A stretch of 64,000 nucleotides of DNA from Octopus vulgaris (GCA_951406725.2 OX597839.1:17360001-17424000); one strand, 5' to 3'. Numbered from the stretch's first letter, positions 48,929 through 63,270 are shown. Notes: generated from the sequence alone by a model not told the origin. Numbers and translations: made by a program.

Positions 48929-49316
48929 AGGTGCAGGTGTGGCTGTGTTGTAAGAAGCTTGCTTCCCAATCACATGGTTCTGGGTTCAGTTCACTGTGTG
49001 GCACCTTGGGCAAATATGTTCTCTTATAACCTCAGGTCAGCCAAAGTCTTGTGAGTGGATTTGGTAAATGGAAACTGAAAGAAGCCCATCATATATGTGT
49101 GTGTGTGTGTTTGTCCCCCACCACTGCTTGATAACTGCCGTTTGTGTTTACATACCCATAACTTAGCAGTTCAGCAAAAAGAGACTGATAGAATAAGTAC
49201 CAGGTTTAAAAGAAATAAGTATTGGTGTCGATTGATTTAACTAAAAATTCTACAAGGTGGTGCCCTAGCATGGCCACAGTCTAATGACTGAAACATGTAA
49301 AAGATAAAAGATAAAA
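48929..49316 (+). mobile_element. SINE family A, full length
   Basis: Head GGTGCAGGTGTGGCTGTG, CORE-like ACCTTGGGCAA, (AAAAGAT)n tail. Confidence 0.88.
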
Positions 49317-49339
49317 TACACACACACACACACACATTT

Positions 49340-49993
49340 TATTTTTGCACAAATCAGATGACAGTGACCAATATGGCTCTATGTGATTTGAGGCAAAGAT
49401 GGAAAATTATATAACAATTGATTCCATTCAAGTTCAACAATGTGAATTAGGAGATGCCTTGTCGTTTTTGTCAGCATACAGAACAATATTGAAATCCTTT
49501 AAAGCTTCTGTTACAATAGCTGTTCTGAATCTCTGTATTTAGGTATTGTATTGGTGCAAGTCATCTTGTATGACTTTCAAAATCTTACCAATTAAATTTG
49601 TATGCCTTAGACATTTCTGAAGCTCATTATCTGTCATAGAAGTAAATTTGAGCAAACTCTGGATTGTTATCATTTGGATGTAATGATCCAATCATGTGAC
49701 AAACTTTTCCCTGCACCTTAAACATAGGGCTAAATCCCGGGGCTCCAATTTATCTGCCACCTGGAGAAGTAATTGTCAGCTCATTGTTATATCTTTCATC
49801 TTTTATTTGTTACAGTCATTTGACTTTGGCCATGCTGGGGTACCACCTTGATGAATATTTTCAGTTGAATGAATCACTCAATCTCAGTACTTATTTTTTT
49901 AAAACCTGGTACTTATTCTGTTAGTCTTTTTTGCTAAACCACTAACTTACAGGTATGTAAACAAACTAACACTGGTTGTCAAGTGAAGATGGT

Positions 49994-50060
<67 letters not shown>

Positions 50061-50860
50061 GGGCTTCTCTTCAGTTTCCATCTATCAAATCCACTCACAA
50101 GGCTTTGATCAGCCGAACGCCATAGTAAAAGACACTTGCCCAAGGTGCCATGCAGTGGGGCTGAGCCTGGAACCATGTGGTCAGGGACCTCTTACCACAC
50201 AGCCACACTTGCATCACGCTTAAATGTACATTTTCCAGGAAACTGTTTGCTGTATGAGCAACATCAAAATGCCTAAGGATATTTGGTGAAAGATGAAGTT
50301 TGTCCAATTTTACCTTCCCACAAAGCAACAGATATTTCAATTCAGTAGGTCATCTGGAAGCTTTGTAGCATGAACACACATTGTCAAAGAACAAAGAGAC
50401 TCCCTATATTATGTGGGTGTCTAAGAGACAGGACAGTCCATTCTTGAAAGTCTTTTTTTCTATCTATTCTCCTGTAGTATATATTCATTGGTGTATCAGC
50501 ATCCTGTTTGTTCACACTGCTTTTACTGTTAATATCTCATTACTATTTGTATAAGATCTTTGTCTGCATATCCTATCCATTTGACAACAATTATCAGTTG
50601 GCAAAATATTCAGACTATGAAAGCTAACCCAATGCATTGTTTTGAAATAGATTATTCTCTTCTAGAGATACCCTTGACAGTCTGTTATTTGTAACAGAAT
50701 CAGAATCATATATTCTACCCCTACATGCATATTCAGACAATTGTTTTGCCTTAGTTCTCTCGTATTCAATTGCCTTTCTTTTCCTTTGCTGGTGTTCCTT
50801 TGCTACCAACCACTCAGATTTAGGCATATTTTTTTTTATTGGATGATACATGTTGAATTA
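49340..50860 (-). mobile_element. Decayed Helitron RepHel N-terminal coding remnant, split by a SINE
   Basis: Minus strand 49737-49633 GFSPMFKVQGKVCHMIGSLHPNDNNPEFAQIYFYD, then DNELQ..LHQYN; upstream YNN..TS.G and, beyond the SINE, a C/CC..GKVKL zinc-finger-like segment and SFLENV. Outer limits uncertain. Confidence 0.78.
49791..50212 (-). mobile_element. SINE family A inserted in the Helitron remnant
   Basis: Reverse-complement family A with long (CA)n. Confidence 0.88.
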
Positions 50861-51834
50861 AATAATTCTAATGTGGAAACAAACAGTACAGTATGTATAT
50901 TGTATGTAGACTATGTGGTTTTGGGTTCAGTCCCACTGTGTGGCACCTTAGGCAAGTGTCTTCTACCATAATCTTAGGCCAACCAAAATCTTGTGGGTAG
51001 ATTTAGTTGATACAAACTGAACTGAAAGAAGCCCATTCTGACTATACTATCAAACAAGTCCTTTTTAAGGCAGTCATATGTGATGTAAAGAAGATTTGGC
51101 ATAACAATACCAAATCTAATTTGGTTTCTAATTGGTATAACAATACCATAGATGCAATTTAAGTTGTGACTAATCCATTATTTCAAACACCTGTATCTAT
51201 GTCCTTCATCTTTCTTAAGCATGTGATTTCATGGAAATTTGGCTGCTATTTCTTGCAAGCCATATAACCATATAGAATTTCCTTTATTGGCCCTTTTCAA
51301 AAGCTGTTGTTGAGCCTTCATTTCAGCTTTAATCAGATAGATTTCTGATCAAATGCAATCCAGTCATAACTGACTTGTCTTTTTGTACATCTATGACTAC
51401 ATTATTTAATGTGTCCTTCCTTTTTTAAAGACAGTACTGTGTGATATGAGAGGGATTTGGCTGCTATTTCTAGCCAGTCCAACAATAAATTACATAAAAT
51501 TTGAATGCTTTAGTTCATTGACTCTAGTTTAGCGGCTGGCAGAGTCATACAAACCATGATATAAGTTATTAAATTGACCAGATAGAAACTTGCCATTTTT
51601 TAATATAATATTAAATTTAAAAATAAAAAAAAAAATTCACAATTTAAAAATGTATATAGAGGTATAGATACATGCAAATTCAGCATTTTATCATGGTTTT
51701 ATTGTTTTAGTGAAATTACATTTATAAATGCCATACATAAATACTTTTACAATTTATTTCTAGAAATGCAATAAAAATTCAATTTTATTTGTTAAGTTGA
51801 TAAAATAGTTTTGGTGGTGGTGATGATGATGATG

Positions 51835-51865
<31 letters not shown>

Positions 51866-52722
51866 TTATCCATTAAAAAAATAAAGAAAAAATTTTGTCT
51901 AGAAATGAAATTATATGAGTTTACATATGTGTGTGTACAATCATTTGTAAGTGTGAGTGTATAAACCCGTGTGTGTGTTTGTATATGTCTATGTATATAC
52001 TGTTTGTGTTTGCAAGCATGTATGTATGTAATGTGTGTGTTTATATGTATGTATGTATGCAGATATGAACAAATGTATGGGTGTATGTAATGTGTGTGTG
52101 TGTGTGTGTATAAATGGTTTACTGAATTGATATTATTGTGTTTTCGCCATTTTTTTAATTACCTTCTTCAATTGTATGTTCAGATATCTATTTAAGAATG
52201 ATCATTTCCATTCTCTTAAGTTTGTTCCAGCTAAAAAAAATTTTTTAAATGAAGACAAAACAGAAATTTGAACAAAACAGATGTTTGTCTCTCTTGTGGA
52301 TTGTTCTTCAACTATTCAGTAATTCTGTTTTGTCTGTTTTTCTACCCTATTCTCCCCTTTAATCTCCACCTATTCTTCAGTGCAAAGTGATAAACTTGGA
52401 TAGGTTTTGGTGCCTAATTAAGATGGACATGTTTTAACGAGGAATCATCTATATGTTCACTCGCCTATTACAAAAGATACTGTATTTGATAGTATAAAAA
52501 ATGCACAGGCTTGTTAGACATACACCAGCTACAGGTATAAATGTTTTTACTACATTAAAGTGTGTAATATTTAAATATAGGAATCTAGCTGCCCATTGTT
52601 ATGATAATTCCTTTTACAATACAAATAATACTAAACTGGCAAAATGACCATTCCTAAATACAAAAATACTAATAATGTTGAAGTAAATAATATTATGGAG
52701 TCTGGATTAAAATTAACTTATA

Positions 52723-53073
52723 GATGCTGGCATGGCTGTGTGGTAGAAACCTGCTTCCCAACCACATAGTTCCAGGTTTGTCCCACTGCACGGCACCTTG
52801 GGCAAATGCTTTCTACACAAAACAAGCCTTGGGCTGACCACCATCATATGTGTGTGTGTGTGTGTGTGTGTGTGTCTTTCTGTCTGAATTTATTCCCCTC
52901 CCACCATCACACTGGTATTGGTGTGTTTACATTCCTGTAATTTAGTGGTTTTGACAAAAGTAACCGATAGAATAATAGAATAAGTACTGGGATTGATTCA
53001 TTCGACTAAAAATTCAAAGCAGTGCTCCAGCATGGCCACAGTATAATGATTGAAACAAGTAAACAATAAAAGA
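52723..53073 (+). mobile_element. SINE family A with internal deletion
   Basis: Head, ACCTTGGGCAA, (TG)n, GTGCTCCAGCATGGCCACAG tail. Confidence 0.8.
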
Positions 53074-54334
53074 TGTAGTATTGAGTGCCAGGCACAAAAT
53101 TAGCTTATGGGAGGCCCAACTTTGCATATAGGATCTGGGATGAATTTTTGAGACTTTTTCGATATAAAAAATGGTTCTTAAATGCCACCAAATTATTAAA
53201 TATAGTAACCAAATTTTCCCACATCACATCTTCTTAACTTCAAAAACAAAATGGAAATGTTAAAGCAGACAATGCATTTAATAACATATTACAAATCCGT
53301 CTGACCCTTTACAATCACAAACTAGAACTGATTGTAAGTTAATATTAGTTTCCAATCTGAGCACAAGGCCAGCAATTCCTGAAGTGAAGGGATTAGTTGA
53401 TACCATCAAGCCCAGTGTTTGCCTGGTTGGGTATGACTTATTTGGTGTGTCAATACGGACTTATTTAACATTAAACATTTTAATGCATCTCTTGTTCTCT
53501 CCCTCCCTCCTCTCTGTTTATGTGTTTAAATATATTTCTTTTTGTGTATGAGGAAAGGAAAAGTGTTTATGTCAGTTGTGTTCAATTAATAAATTGTAAC
53601 ATTTCTCTTTCACCTGCTCTCACTCTTTCTGCCCATGTATGTATATTTCTACATGTTCATACACATGTGTGAGTACAAAAAAGAACTATAACTAAAACAA
53701 GTTGAATGTCCAGTTGGCCATATCATATTGTCAGTGTCCAAACAACCATTGCTTTGTGTTTAATTCTATCAACCTCAAAATGACAAAAGACATAGTTAAC
53801 CTTGGTGGGATTTGAACTCAGATTGTTTCCTGTATGGGTTTTGAAACAATATCAGGTAGTAATTATGTATAATAATGTGCTATTATTATGAGAGTAGTAG
53901 GTATGGTTGAGTATCAAATAGAATGCCCTAAATTATTATTTGGTTTTGCAACATACTGAGCTCAAGGCAACACAATATATATTTCTACCAGTATGGCATG
54001 TTCACAGGAATGTAATTTCAGGCTCAACTCTACTATGTGACTACTTAGGAATTGTCTTTTATCATAGGCTACAGTTGACCCAATATGTGTGTGTGCATGC
54101 ATGTTTGTCACTGAATGTTTTCACATTGACAGTAGGGATGATGCTTATAATAAGCAGTGAGTACTTTGGCTGTTCAGCATGAAACAACATGAAATAAAGT
54201 ATTTTACAGGGAAACAAGTAAGGGTTGGAATTAGAAAGGTCATCCAGCCATAAAACAAATACTACCTCAAGAAGTTTCGTGTCAGCATGGAAAAAAGTAG
54301 AACTACAAATGATGATAATGATGGTGATGATAAT

Positions 54335-54738
54335 TATTTCTACTATAGGCACAAGGCCTGAACTTATGGTGGAGAGGCACATTGACCCCAGTGCTCAGCT
54401 GGTACTTATTTCATCAACCCCAAAAGATGGTGGCATTTGAACTCAAAATGGACAAAAATGTTGCTAAGCATTTTGTCTGGTGTGCTACAGATTCTGCCAA
54501 CTCACCATCTTAATAATAATAATGGTTTCAAATTTTGGCGCAAGGCCACCAATTTTGAGGGAGGGGAAAAGTTGATTATATCAATCCCAGTACTTAACTG
54601 GTACTTAATTTATAGACCTCAAGAGGATGAAAGACAAAGTCATCCTCAGTGGAATTTGAACTCAGAACACCAAGATGGATGAAATGCTGCTAAGCACTTT
54701 GCCTGGCCTGCTAACAATTCTGCCAACTCACCGCCTTT
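54335..54738 (-). mobile_element. Two tandem family E SINE copies
   Basis: Two heads (TTCTGCCAACTCACC) each with a core and the ACAAGGCC.. tail, separated by (TAA)n. Confidence 0.75.
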
Positions 54739-55065
54739 AATAATAATATTAACAATTATTATCAGCTTTACATTCTTGATTCAAGCCCAGATTTCTTAAT
54801 CACATAGACATGCCTATACACATCTATGTATATTATATATATTATAGATATGTAATGTACATGTGATATGAAAAATACAGTTTCTGACACAGCTCCATGT
54901 CCCTCAAAACATACACTTTTGAAGTACATACAAATGTGAAACCAGTTAAGTGTATTAATATAAATAAATCTTCTACACTCTGTGTGCATTTTAAACATCA
55001 TTTGTTCTATACTACTACTTGTATGGATTAATATCCATCTATCTGTCTGTCTGTCTGTATATAAA

Positions 55066-55313
55066 TATCACATCACATGACTGACCAGGCTATCAGATGT
55101 TGCTACACATCGCTGGTCACAATGCACTTCGCATTGTTTTAGCCTTCAAATGACGCCACCCTGCTGGCTAAGCGAGCAGGTCAACAGAAGAAAGAGTGAG
55201 AGAAAGTTGTGTTTTCGCTCAATAAACACTTGCAATGCCCGGTCTGGGAATAGAAACCGCGATCCTACGACCACGAGTACGCTGCCCTAACCACTGGGCC
55301 ATTGCGCCTCCAC
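55066..55313 (-). mobile_element. SINE family B with ~60-bp internal deletion
   Basis: Reverse complement of 690-999 lacking the central segment; flanked by TA-rich microsatellite. Confidence 0.85.
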
Positions 55314-56536
55314 GTATATAAATATATATATATATATACATACATACACATATATATAGCCACACACACACATACATACATATATATAATGCATGTGTGT
55401 GTGTGTGTATACACACATACACACACACACATATATGCATTCATATTAAGTGTTTTATTAAAAGGCTGCAGAGTCTATCACATTATCAAAACCTAATGCT
55501 AAAGCTTGATCTGCAGAAAAATTATAATTTTTTAAATATCAACTTTAAGGTCCGATGCCAGTCCACGTGATCATCATTGTGATTGTTTCCTTATTTAAAC
55601 ATTTTTTTTCTTCTTTTTTTACCATAATAAATACTAGATGGAATATAGATTTGACAGCCATGGCCTATTCAATCATGGTTAATATTCTCATTGCTCATCA
55701 CACTACAACATTGAAGATCTTCTCGATAGCCAATGTTGCAACCACTTGGTTTTTACCAATTACATTGCTGAACGCAACAACATTTCCCCTCCCCCTAATG
55801 ACATCTTAATTTGTTTTATCCACTGCTATTGATTTAATAATGATTGTTATTGTTATTATTTTTATTATTATTATTATTATTATTATTAGTTTTTATTTTT
55901 GTATTATCTTTATTACTATTATTAGTATTACTATCATTATTGTTGGTATTAATAATATTATTGCTATTATTATTATTACTTGTTCAGCTCAATATAAAAT
56001 AAAACATTCTTTCACTCCGTCTGTCTGTCTCTCTCCCTTTCTCTCTCACTGTTGTGCATTATTGATAAGGATAAACAATTTTAATACTATCTAAATTTAA
56101 TATATTTTAGCAGTTTCCCTTTGTATTAATCGGAACCCAACTGTAGCCATTGAAATTTTGTTGCAAATAATTTAAATGTTACTTTATCCTCCTCCTCCTC
56201 CTCAACATCTCCATCATCATCATCATCTTGCTCCATCACTTTCTTCTTCTTCTTCTTCTTCTTCTTCGCCACTGGATTCTAGTTCTTATAAAACAGTCAA
56301 GTCTATGGCTACAGGAATTCCTATCAGGACTCTAAATAATGGCGCATAAATTCAGCATATTAAATTAGACTCTTGTATATTGGCATTACCACCACCACCA
56401 CTACCCCTACTATAATTCATTGTGCAACTGGGCGCAACACAGAAAACTCCATCCTTATGTAAAAGTAAGAAGACCAAATTGTTGTTGTTGTTTAGCCCCT
56501 GTTCAGTTCCCCTGCTCTCATATAACAGATGTATGA

Positions 56537-56692
56537 TTAATCCTTTAACATTTTAACTGATTGCATCCAACACATATTCTACCTGTTTTGTGTTTAATCC
56601 AGTTAGATCCAGCTTCCGATACATCCCCACAATGTCATTCTAAAAATAAACAAGCACATCACTGGAGTCTCAAAGCTACAAAATAATGCATG
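56537..56692 (-). mobile_element. Partial copy of the TTAA MITE at 8764
   Basis: ACAATGTCATTCTAAAAATAAACAA and CTCAAAGCTACAAAATAAT are reverse complements of segments in 8830-8895. Confidence 0.65.
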
Positions 56693-57017
56693 ACAGATCT
56701 ACTCACAGTTTCTCTTGACCAGATTCAGTCACAAAGCTTTGGTTGGCCTGCGGCTAAAGTAAAAGACACTCGCCTAAAGTGCCATGCAGTGGAAATGAAC
56801 CTGTAACTCTGTGTGTGTGTGCATGCATGTATGTGTGTATGCGTGTGTGCACACATGAGTGAGTGGACAAACAAAAGGGAGAGTCTCTCAGTACACTTAG
56901 TAGGAGTTAGATATATTATTATTTAAAACAGTTTGATTCAGACCCATGCTAGGTTTTTGTAAGAAGCCTACGAAGCTTTAAATTGCATATTTTAAATAAT
57001 AATAATAATAATAATAA

Positions 57018-57400
57018 TCCTTTCTACTCTAGGCACAAGGCCTGAAATTTGGTTGGCGTCAGCCAGTTGATTAGATCAACCAGTATGTAACTGATACTTA
57101 ATTTATCTACCTTGAAAGGGTGAAAGGCAAAGTTGACCTCAGTGGAATTTGAACTTAGAACGTAAAGACAGACAAAATACCTATTTCTTTACTACCCACA
57201 AGGGGCTAAACACAGAGGGAACAAACAAGGACAGACAAACGGATTAAGTCGATTATATCAACCCCAGTGCATAACTGGTACTTATTTAATCGACCCCGAA
57301 AGGATGAAAGGCAAAGTCGACCTCGGTGGAATTTGATCTCAGAACGTGCGGCAGACAAAATACCATTAAGCATTTTGCCCGGTGTGCTAATGATTCTGCC
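57018..57400 (-). mobile_element. SINE family E dimer
   Basis: Same two-core, two-tail layout and AAATACCTATTTCTTTACTACCCACAAGG junction as 33879-34237. Confidence 0.85.
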
Positions 57401-59674
57401 GTATTAATGTTTGTGTGTGTATGTGTCTTTGTGTTTGTTCCCTACTCCCTTGTAATGTGTTACAGCTGGTGTTGGTGTCTCTATGTCCCTAGACTGTAAG
57501 AAATAAAAATAAAAACTATGTACTAGGGTTGATTTGTTCAGTTACAACTCTGCTAGGCAGCCCCTCAGCATGGCTGCAGTCCAATGGCTAAAACAAGTAA
57601 AAGATAAATGATATAGCCACACTCATGGGATAGTGGTTTATAGCAATTCTAATTGCTATTGAAATCCTATCACAATCAGCTTGTTATGTGGGTGTAAGTC
57701 ACTCTGCTCTATCTTGCTACACACATCTGGAATCTATTACATGTTTAACAAGAGAGATTCTATGGAGTTGCTTAATCTCCTGGAAATAGCAGCTAAATTT
57801 CTCTCAAACCACACCCTACTATCTATATTTTCAGAGAAGGGCTTATTTAACAAGCCATTGAGAGAGATTTTATAGCATTGCTTAACCTCCTGAAAATAGC
57901 AGATATATTTCTTTCAAATCACACCCTACTGACTGTGAGAAAAAGGAAGGGTATATTGGATGATGTCTTAGATAAAATAAGCCTGGAAAGATGAGATGGT
58001 CATGGCTCGAATATTTTTGTTAATTGGTATATTCACCTTGTGTGTATCTGAAGCTATATTAGAACATACTTGGCCAAGATATCTATCTATCTGTGTGTGT
58101 GTAAAATGTATATGTACATGGATTAATGGAATTCCAGCTTCTAGAAATATTGATTTACCACAAAGTCACAATGCCTCAAATTTTAGTGCTGGATATATAT
58201 TGATTAAATTGACCCTCAATACTTAACTGGTACTTTGTTTTATTTATTCTAGAAGAATGAAAGGAGCTTATGGAAACATTAATTTCAGTATAGTAGCATA
58301 TTATCTAAGGGAAAATATATTTAACACTATCATGTGTATGATGTTAAACAGTACCTTTATGATAAATGCACATACATAATATGCAGGCTAGTTTATGTGA
58401 TTGCTCTGTCTGCTAGAAATAGCAGCCAAATTTCCTTAAATCAAACTACACTATTTTAAAAAGAGGCACACATTGGATAATAAAATCACAGATAGTCTTT
58501 TACCCCTAAAAAAAAGTAGGATTAGTATGCCTGAAATACTATTGAATACAGGTTTGCACAGTCAGTTTTAACCTGGGTTTAAACAACAGACACCACAGGT
58601 TTGCTCACCCAGTATTCAACAACAGCCACCTCTGTATTTCATGATGACACTTGTCATGTTTAGTTTTATTCGCAGAGTCATTAGAATACTGAACTGCAGT
58701 ATTTTTCCACAGTTCTTTCTCTTCTGAGATCAAATTCCACTGAGGTCAACTTTTTTTTTTTTTTTATAAATCACTGTAGTTCTTATATTCTTCCCTGTTA
58801 TTTATACAGCACATACACTACATATACATCCCCATAGTGGCAATTCCTTCATGTTTAAAGACAAGGAAGAAAAGTAACATACAATTAAGTGTCTATGTAA
58901 GCCGATCCTTGATGTTGAAGGGGATTTTTTCTTGCCTGTTGTAGGTAGTTTTAAAGTAAGAATCAGTCCATGCAATACAATCTCACTCTTTAGACTTAGA
59001 GGTCTGACCACAGTTGCTCAGCAGACTAAGGCTGGTGTGACAACCAGCAAGCTGTAGGTTTTATATTGGAGCAGCCTTCTTTTAGGTGAATTGCCTTACA
59101 TGGCCGTAAAGGTGTTGAAAAGGGCACTGGACCACCTAATGGACTTCACTCCTTGATTTGCTGTCAAGGTTGATTCTCTATGCTTTTTCCTTTCTCAAGA
59201 CACTCACAAGGCTGTGAGTGTTTGTGCTTTCAGTTTCTTCCATAACATGCTAATTAGCCCATAGTTGGGACCCTGACATGTGTTACCAATCTGTGTCAGA
59301 ATAGACCTGGGAACAATAGTAGCTATGAGGTGATTCTATATTCCCTAAAACACTAGAATTCCCAACACAGAACCCTACTTACTACCAGATACAGTTTAAA
59401 GTCATACATGGGATATATACCCATCAGTCATAATTAAGTCATATGTTTTTAGTACTAATAACTAAAATGCTTAATGAGCAATTTAAAATGGTGTCCTACA
59501 TTTCATAATCTGACCTAAGCCCTTAACCAGCTTTACATGGGCCTAGTTGTGTTAGAAGGGCTGACAAATTAAGTCTACTGCTGAAGAATATTCATTTAAA
59601 TGTGTGTACTATCTGAATTTACTTCTAGTTAGAGATGTGACACCATTTTAAGGCTGCTTATTCCATTGGTGTTT

Positions 59675-59990
59675 ATCTTTTCTTTTACTTGTATCAGTCA
59701 ATGGACTGCAGCCAAGCTTTGGCATAACTTTGAAGGGATTACTTGAATAAATTACCCCAGAACTTATTTCTAAGTTTAGTGGTTATTCTGTCAATTTCTT
59801 TTGTTGAACTACTAAGTTACATAAACAGACTATCAGTTGTCAAGTGAGGTGGGGATAATTACAAATATATAGACACACACACACACATGCACACATATAC
59901 ATGACAGGCTTCTACACAGTTTTCCTCAACCAAATTCACACACACGATCTATTGAAGAGGACACTTGCCCAAGGTACCATGCAATGTATC
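59675..59990 (-). mobile_element. SINE family A, 5' truncated
   Basis: Tail CTTTTACTTGTATCAGTCA and GACACTTGCCCAAGGT body. Confidence 0.7.
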
Positions 59991-61009
59991 CTTCAGTTTT
60001 TTTAAGATGGGTGTGATTACATTAAATTTGACTGCTATGTTTAGCAGGTCAAGCAACCATATATAGGCTTTCTTGTTATAATATAAATAGCATCTTTGTT
60101 TCTTAGGGAGTACAAAACAGTAAGCTGTGGTTGAAAGGAAACTTAGCTGTCACTTTTAGCAAGGTGACTTACCACATTGAAGCACCCTTGCTGATTGATG
60201 AACTTTGTAGTCCAGACCTTCTATCAAGATCTTTAAACATGTCACCTGCTTCTCTTCCCAGGTGCATCATTTCCCTGTTGAACTTCCTGTTGATCATAAG
60301 TTCTCTTATTCTAATAGCTTCTTTCCTTGAACTGCTTCCCTCTGGTCCCTGATATTCAATCCTTTAAGCTTTTTGTTAGTCAACACCTTTTGAATCTGTA
60401 GGTTCCTTCTTTTCATTTTTTGTAGTCCGTCCTGTTACAGTGGTCCCAAGCCATGTCTGAGACAAAATTGTATAAAAACAAGAAAGAAAAGAAAAGAAGC
60501 TGACCCATGTAGTGAACTAATGAGGTTATTTCTACGTAGTCACTCAATCTGCTAGAAATAGCAACCAAATGTTCCTCAAACAACACTCTACCTTTTGAAC
60601 AAAGAAGACACTGGTTTATGTAATTTGTGGCACACTGTAACTATATAAGTTTAGATTGTAAACAAGGCTTTTGGATGATGATATTGTCCAAGATATCTCT
60701 GCAATAACAAATATACAAGTTACTACAATGTTCTTGTATTTGCCAAGACTACTAAACATAGATTTTTCCAAAGGTCAGCTTAATTAACTAATTTGGAAAA
60801 CATGATTATTGGCATAATTTCGATTAGTATTTGTATTTTATATATTCATTTTGTTTTTAATGTTAATAGTCTGGCTTCCTGATGGTTAAGTGCAGTCTGA
60901 AATACTTAGTGTAGCAAACTAAAAAGAAATTTTAATCAATTGAATTTACACCCGTAATAAGAAGCATAGTCGTTATAACATTAACAAAGAAGACAAGGGA
61001 AGGAACTCG

Positions 61010-61418
61010 TTATTATTTAACGTCACAATTTCCATGCTTGCATTGGTCAGATGGAATTTGTTGATGCAGTTTTTTTTTGCAGCTGGATGCCTTTCCTGTC
61101 ACCAGCCCTCATCTCATACCAAGCAAGCCAGTCATGCTTTTCATAGAAGACTGGAAATAAATAGCCCTGCTCATTTACAACCACCATATGATGTCTAGAC
61201 AAGGGTAGTCACAAACATACATGCATACATAGACATACAGACACACATACACAATGGGCTTCTTTCAGTTTCTATCTACCACATCCACTCACAAGGCATT
61301 GGTCGGCCCAGGACTCAAGTAGAAGACATTTGCCCAAGGGGCCATGCCATAGGATTGAGCTCACGATCACATGGTTGGGAAGAACACTTCTTAACCACAT
61401 AACCATGCATGTGCCTGT
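61010..61418 (-). mobile_element. SINE family A2
   Basis: RTE-type tail TTTAACGTC..TTTCCATGCTTGCAT joined to the family A body and head. Confidence 0.8.
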
Positions 61419-61749
61419 ATATAACAGAACCCTCTTAAATGAACTGATTAAAAATTAAATGAAGATGTTCCATGGAAAGAGGGTCTGGTTGTTAATTCTG
61501 AATGAGTATCCACATCATCTAATATAGAGATTAGAACATTAACAATGTTTGTTGTCAAAGAAGAAAGGGGAGAGAACACTGATATTTAAACTGGTTAAAA
61601 ATTAAGTAAAGGTACAGACTGGTAAGTGGTATCTTCATCAGGGATATGCTGCAAAAAGAGATTAATTGGTAGTTTAATTATGAAGAGGATCTGACAGCAT
61701 AAACAGGTGTATTTAATTATTTCCAAATCATTTCAGTATCAGTGTATAC

Positions 61750-62157
61750 ATGCAAGCATGGCTGTGTGGTTGAGAGGCTTTCTCCTTAAATTGTGATCTT
61801 GGCCAGGTGTGTTCTACTATAGCCCTGGGTCAACCAAAATCTTGTGAGTAGAGTTGGTAAAAGCCTGTCATACATGCACACACAACCCTGCACATTTAGA
61901 TATATATGTGTTTGTGTGTACTCTTGTCTAGACATCATGTAATTGTTTTAAATAAGCATCATTGTCATACAAGCAAGGTTTCTCATTTCCGGACTTCTGT
62001 GGAAAACTTGTCCTGCTGTGAGGAAATATTACTGTGCTTGAAAATAGGTGAGGATTGGCAAGGGGAAGGGAATCCACCTGTAGGAAATCTCCCTCAACAA
62101 ATTCCATCTGACTTACACAAGCATGGGAAAGTGGACATTAAATGATAACAATGACGT
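61750..62157 (+). mobile_element. SINE family A2
   Basis: Family A head, then CAAGCATGGGAAAGTGGACATTAAATGAT tail. Confidence 0.75.
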
Positions 62158-62311
62158 TATAGAGCATTAAATCCTGTGATTAGGAAAAAACGCTAATGGT
62201 TAACTAACTTTATTTTCTGATCAAGCAACCTAAATATGAAAGTATAGCTCTAACTTTATGTTGGACAGATTTCAGCCGGTATAAATGCAAAATTATTAAT
62301 TGAAGAGACAT

Positions 62312-62744
62312 CATTAGCATTTAATGTCCATCTTCCTTGTTGGCACAGGTTGGATGGTTTGACCAGAACTGGCCAGGTAGAAGACTACACCAGGCTACTG
62401 TGTCTGTTTTGGCATGGTTTTTATGGCTGGATACCCTTTCTAACATCAACCACCCTGTAGAGTGGACTGAGTGCTTTTTACATGGCACCAGCACAGGTGA
62501 GGTCAGTTTTGGTATTGTTTTTATAGCTGGATGCCCTTCCAAATATCAACCACTTCAGAGTTTTGACTGGATGCTTTTTACATGGCACCAGCACTGACAA
62601 GGTTACCAAGTAACTTGCAAGACAAGGACTTTTTTGAGAGGAGGGGGATTTAGAGGAGGTGATCTTGTAACAGATGATGAAAGATTAAAGAGACAGGCAG
62701 AAACTCATGTCTTGTTATAGAGGAGGTACATAGTTACCTGGCCA

Positions 62745-62745
<1 letters not shown>
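62312..62745 (-). mobile_element. RTE-tailed element, family D, with internally duplicated core
   Basis: GCTGGAT(A/G)CCCTT..TGCTTTTTACATGGCACCAGCAC occurs twice (about 62415-62495 and 62515-62595). Confidence 0.75.
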
Positions 62746-62778
<33 letters not shown>

Positions 62779-63064
62779 GGAGAGATATACAATTGAAAAG
62801 CTTCACCTATTCTTTGGCTGTAGACATAAATCTTTCTCTCCATTTAACATCAATGGCACCTGGCCATTTAGTAATCATGCAAGCACATAAACCAAATCTC
62901 TGATTGCAAGATACTATGATCTCAACTTGCCCTGCTTCCTACTCATTTTATTTTCTTCAATTTTTCGTACACTCTATGACTCATAAGACAAGTTATTTGG
63001 TTTCCTTGATGTATAAGTAACCAAAATTACAACTTTCCCATGAACAGGATACTGACTGTAGCAG

Positions 63065-63270
63065 GGTTCAAATCCAACAATTTTAAAGTAAAGGAACAAA
63101 TTGATTATATCCACCCCAATGCTTGGCTGGTACTTTATGTTATCAACCCCAAAGGAATGAATGGTAAAGTTCACTTTGGTGGAATTTATACTCAGAATTG
63201 AAGGAGCTAAAAGAAAAGGCACGAAGCATTTTGCCTGACATGCTAACAATTCGGCCAAATCACCAGCTTG
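63065..63270 (-). mobile_element. SINE family E, decayed
   Basis: CCCCAAAGGAATGAATGGTAAAGT core; GCATTTTGCCTGACATGCTAACAATTC head. Confidence 0.7.
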
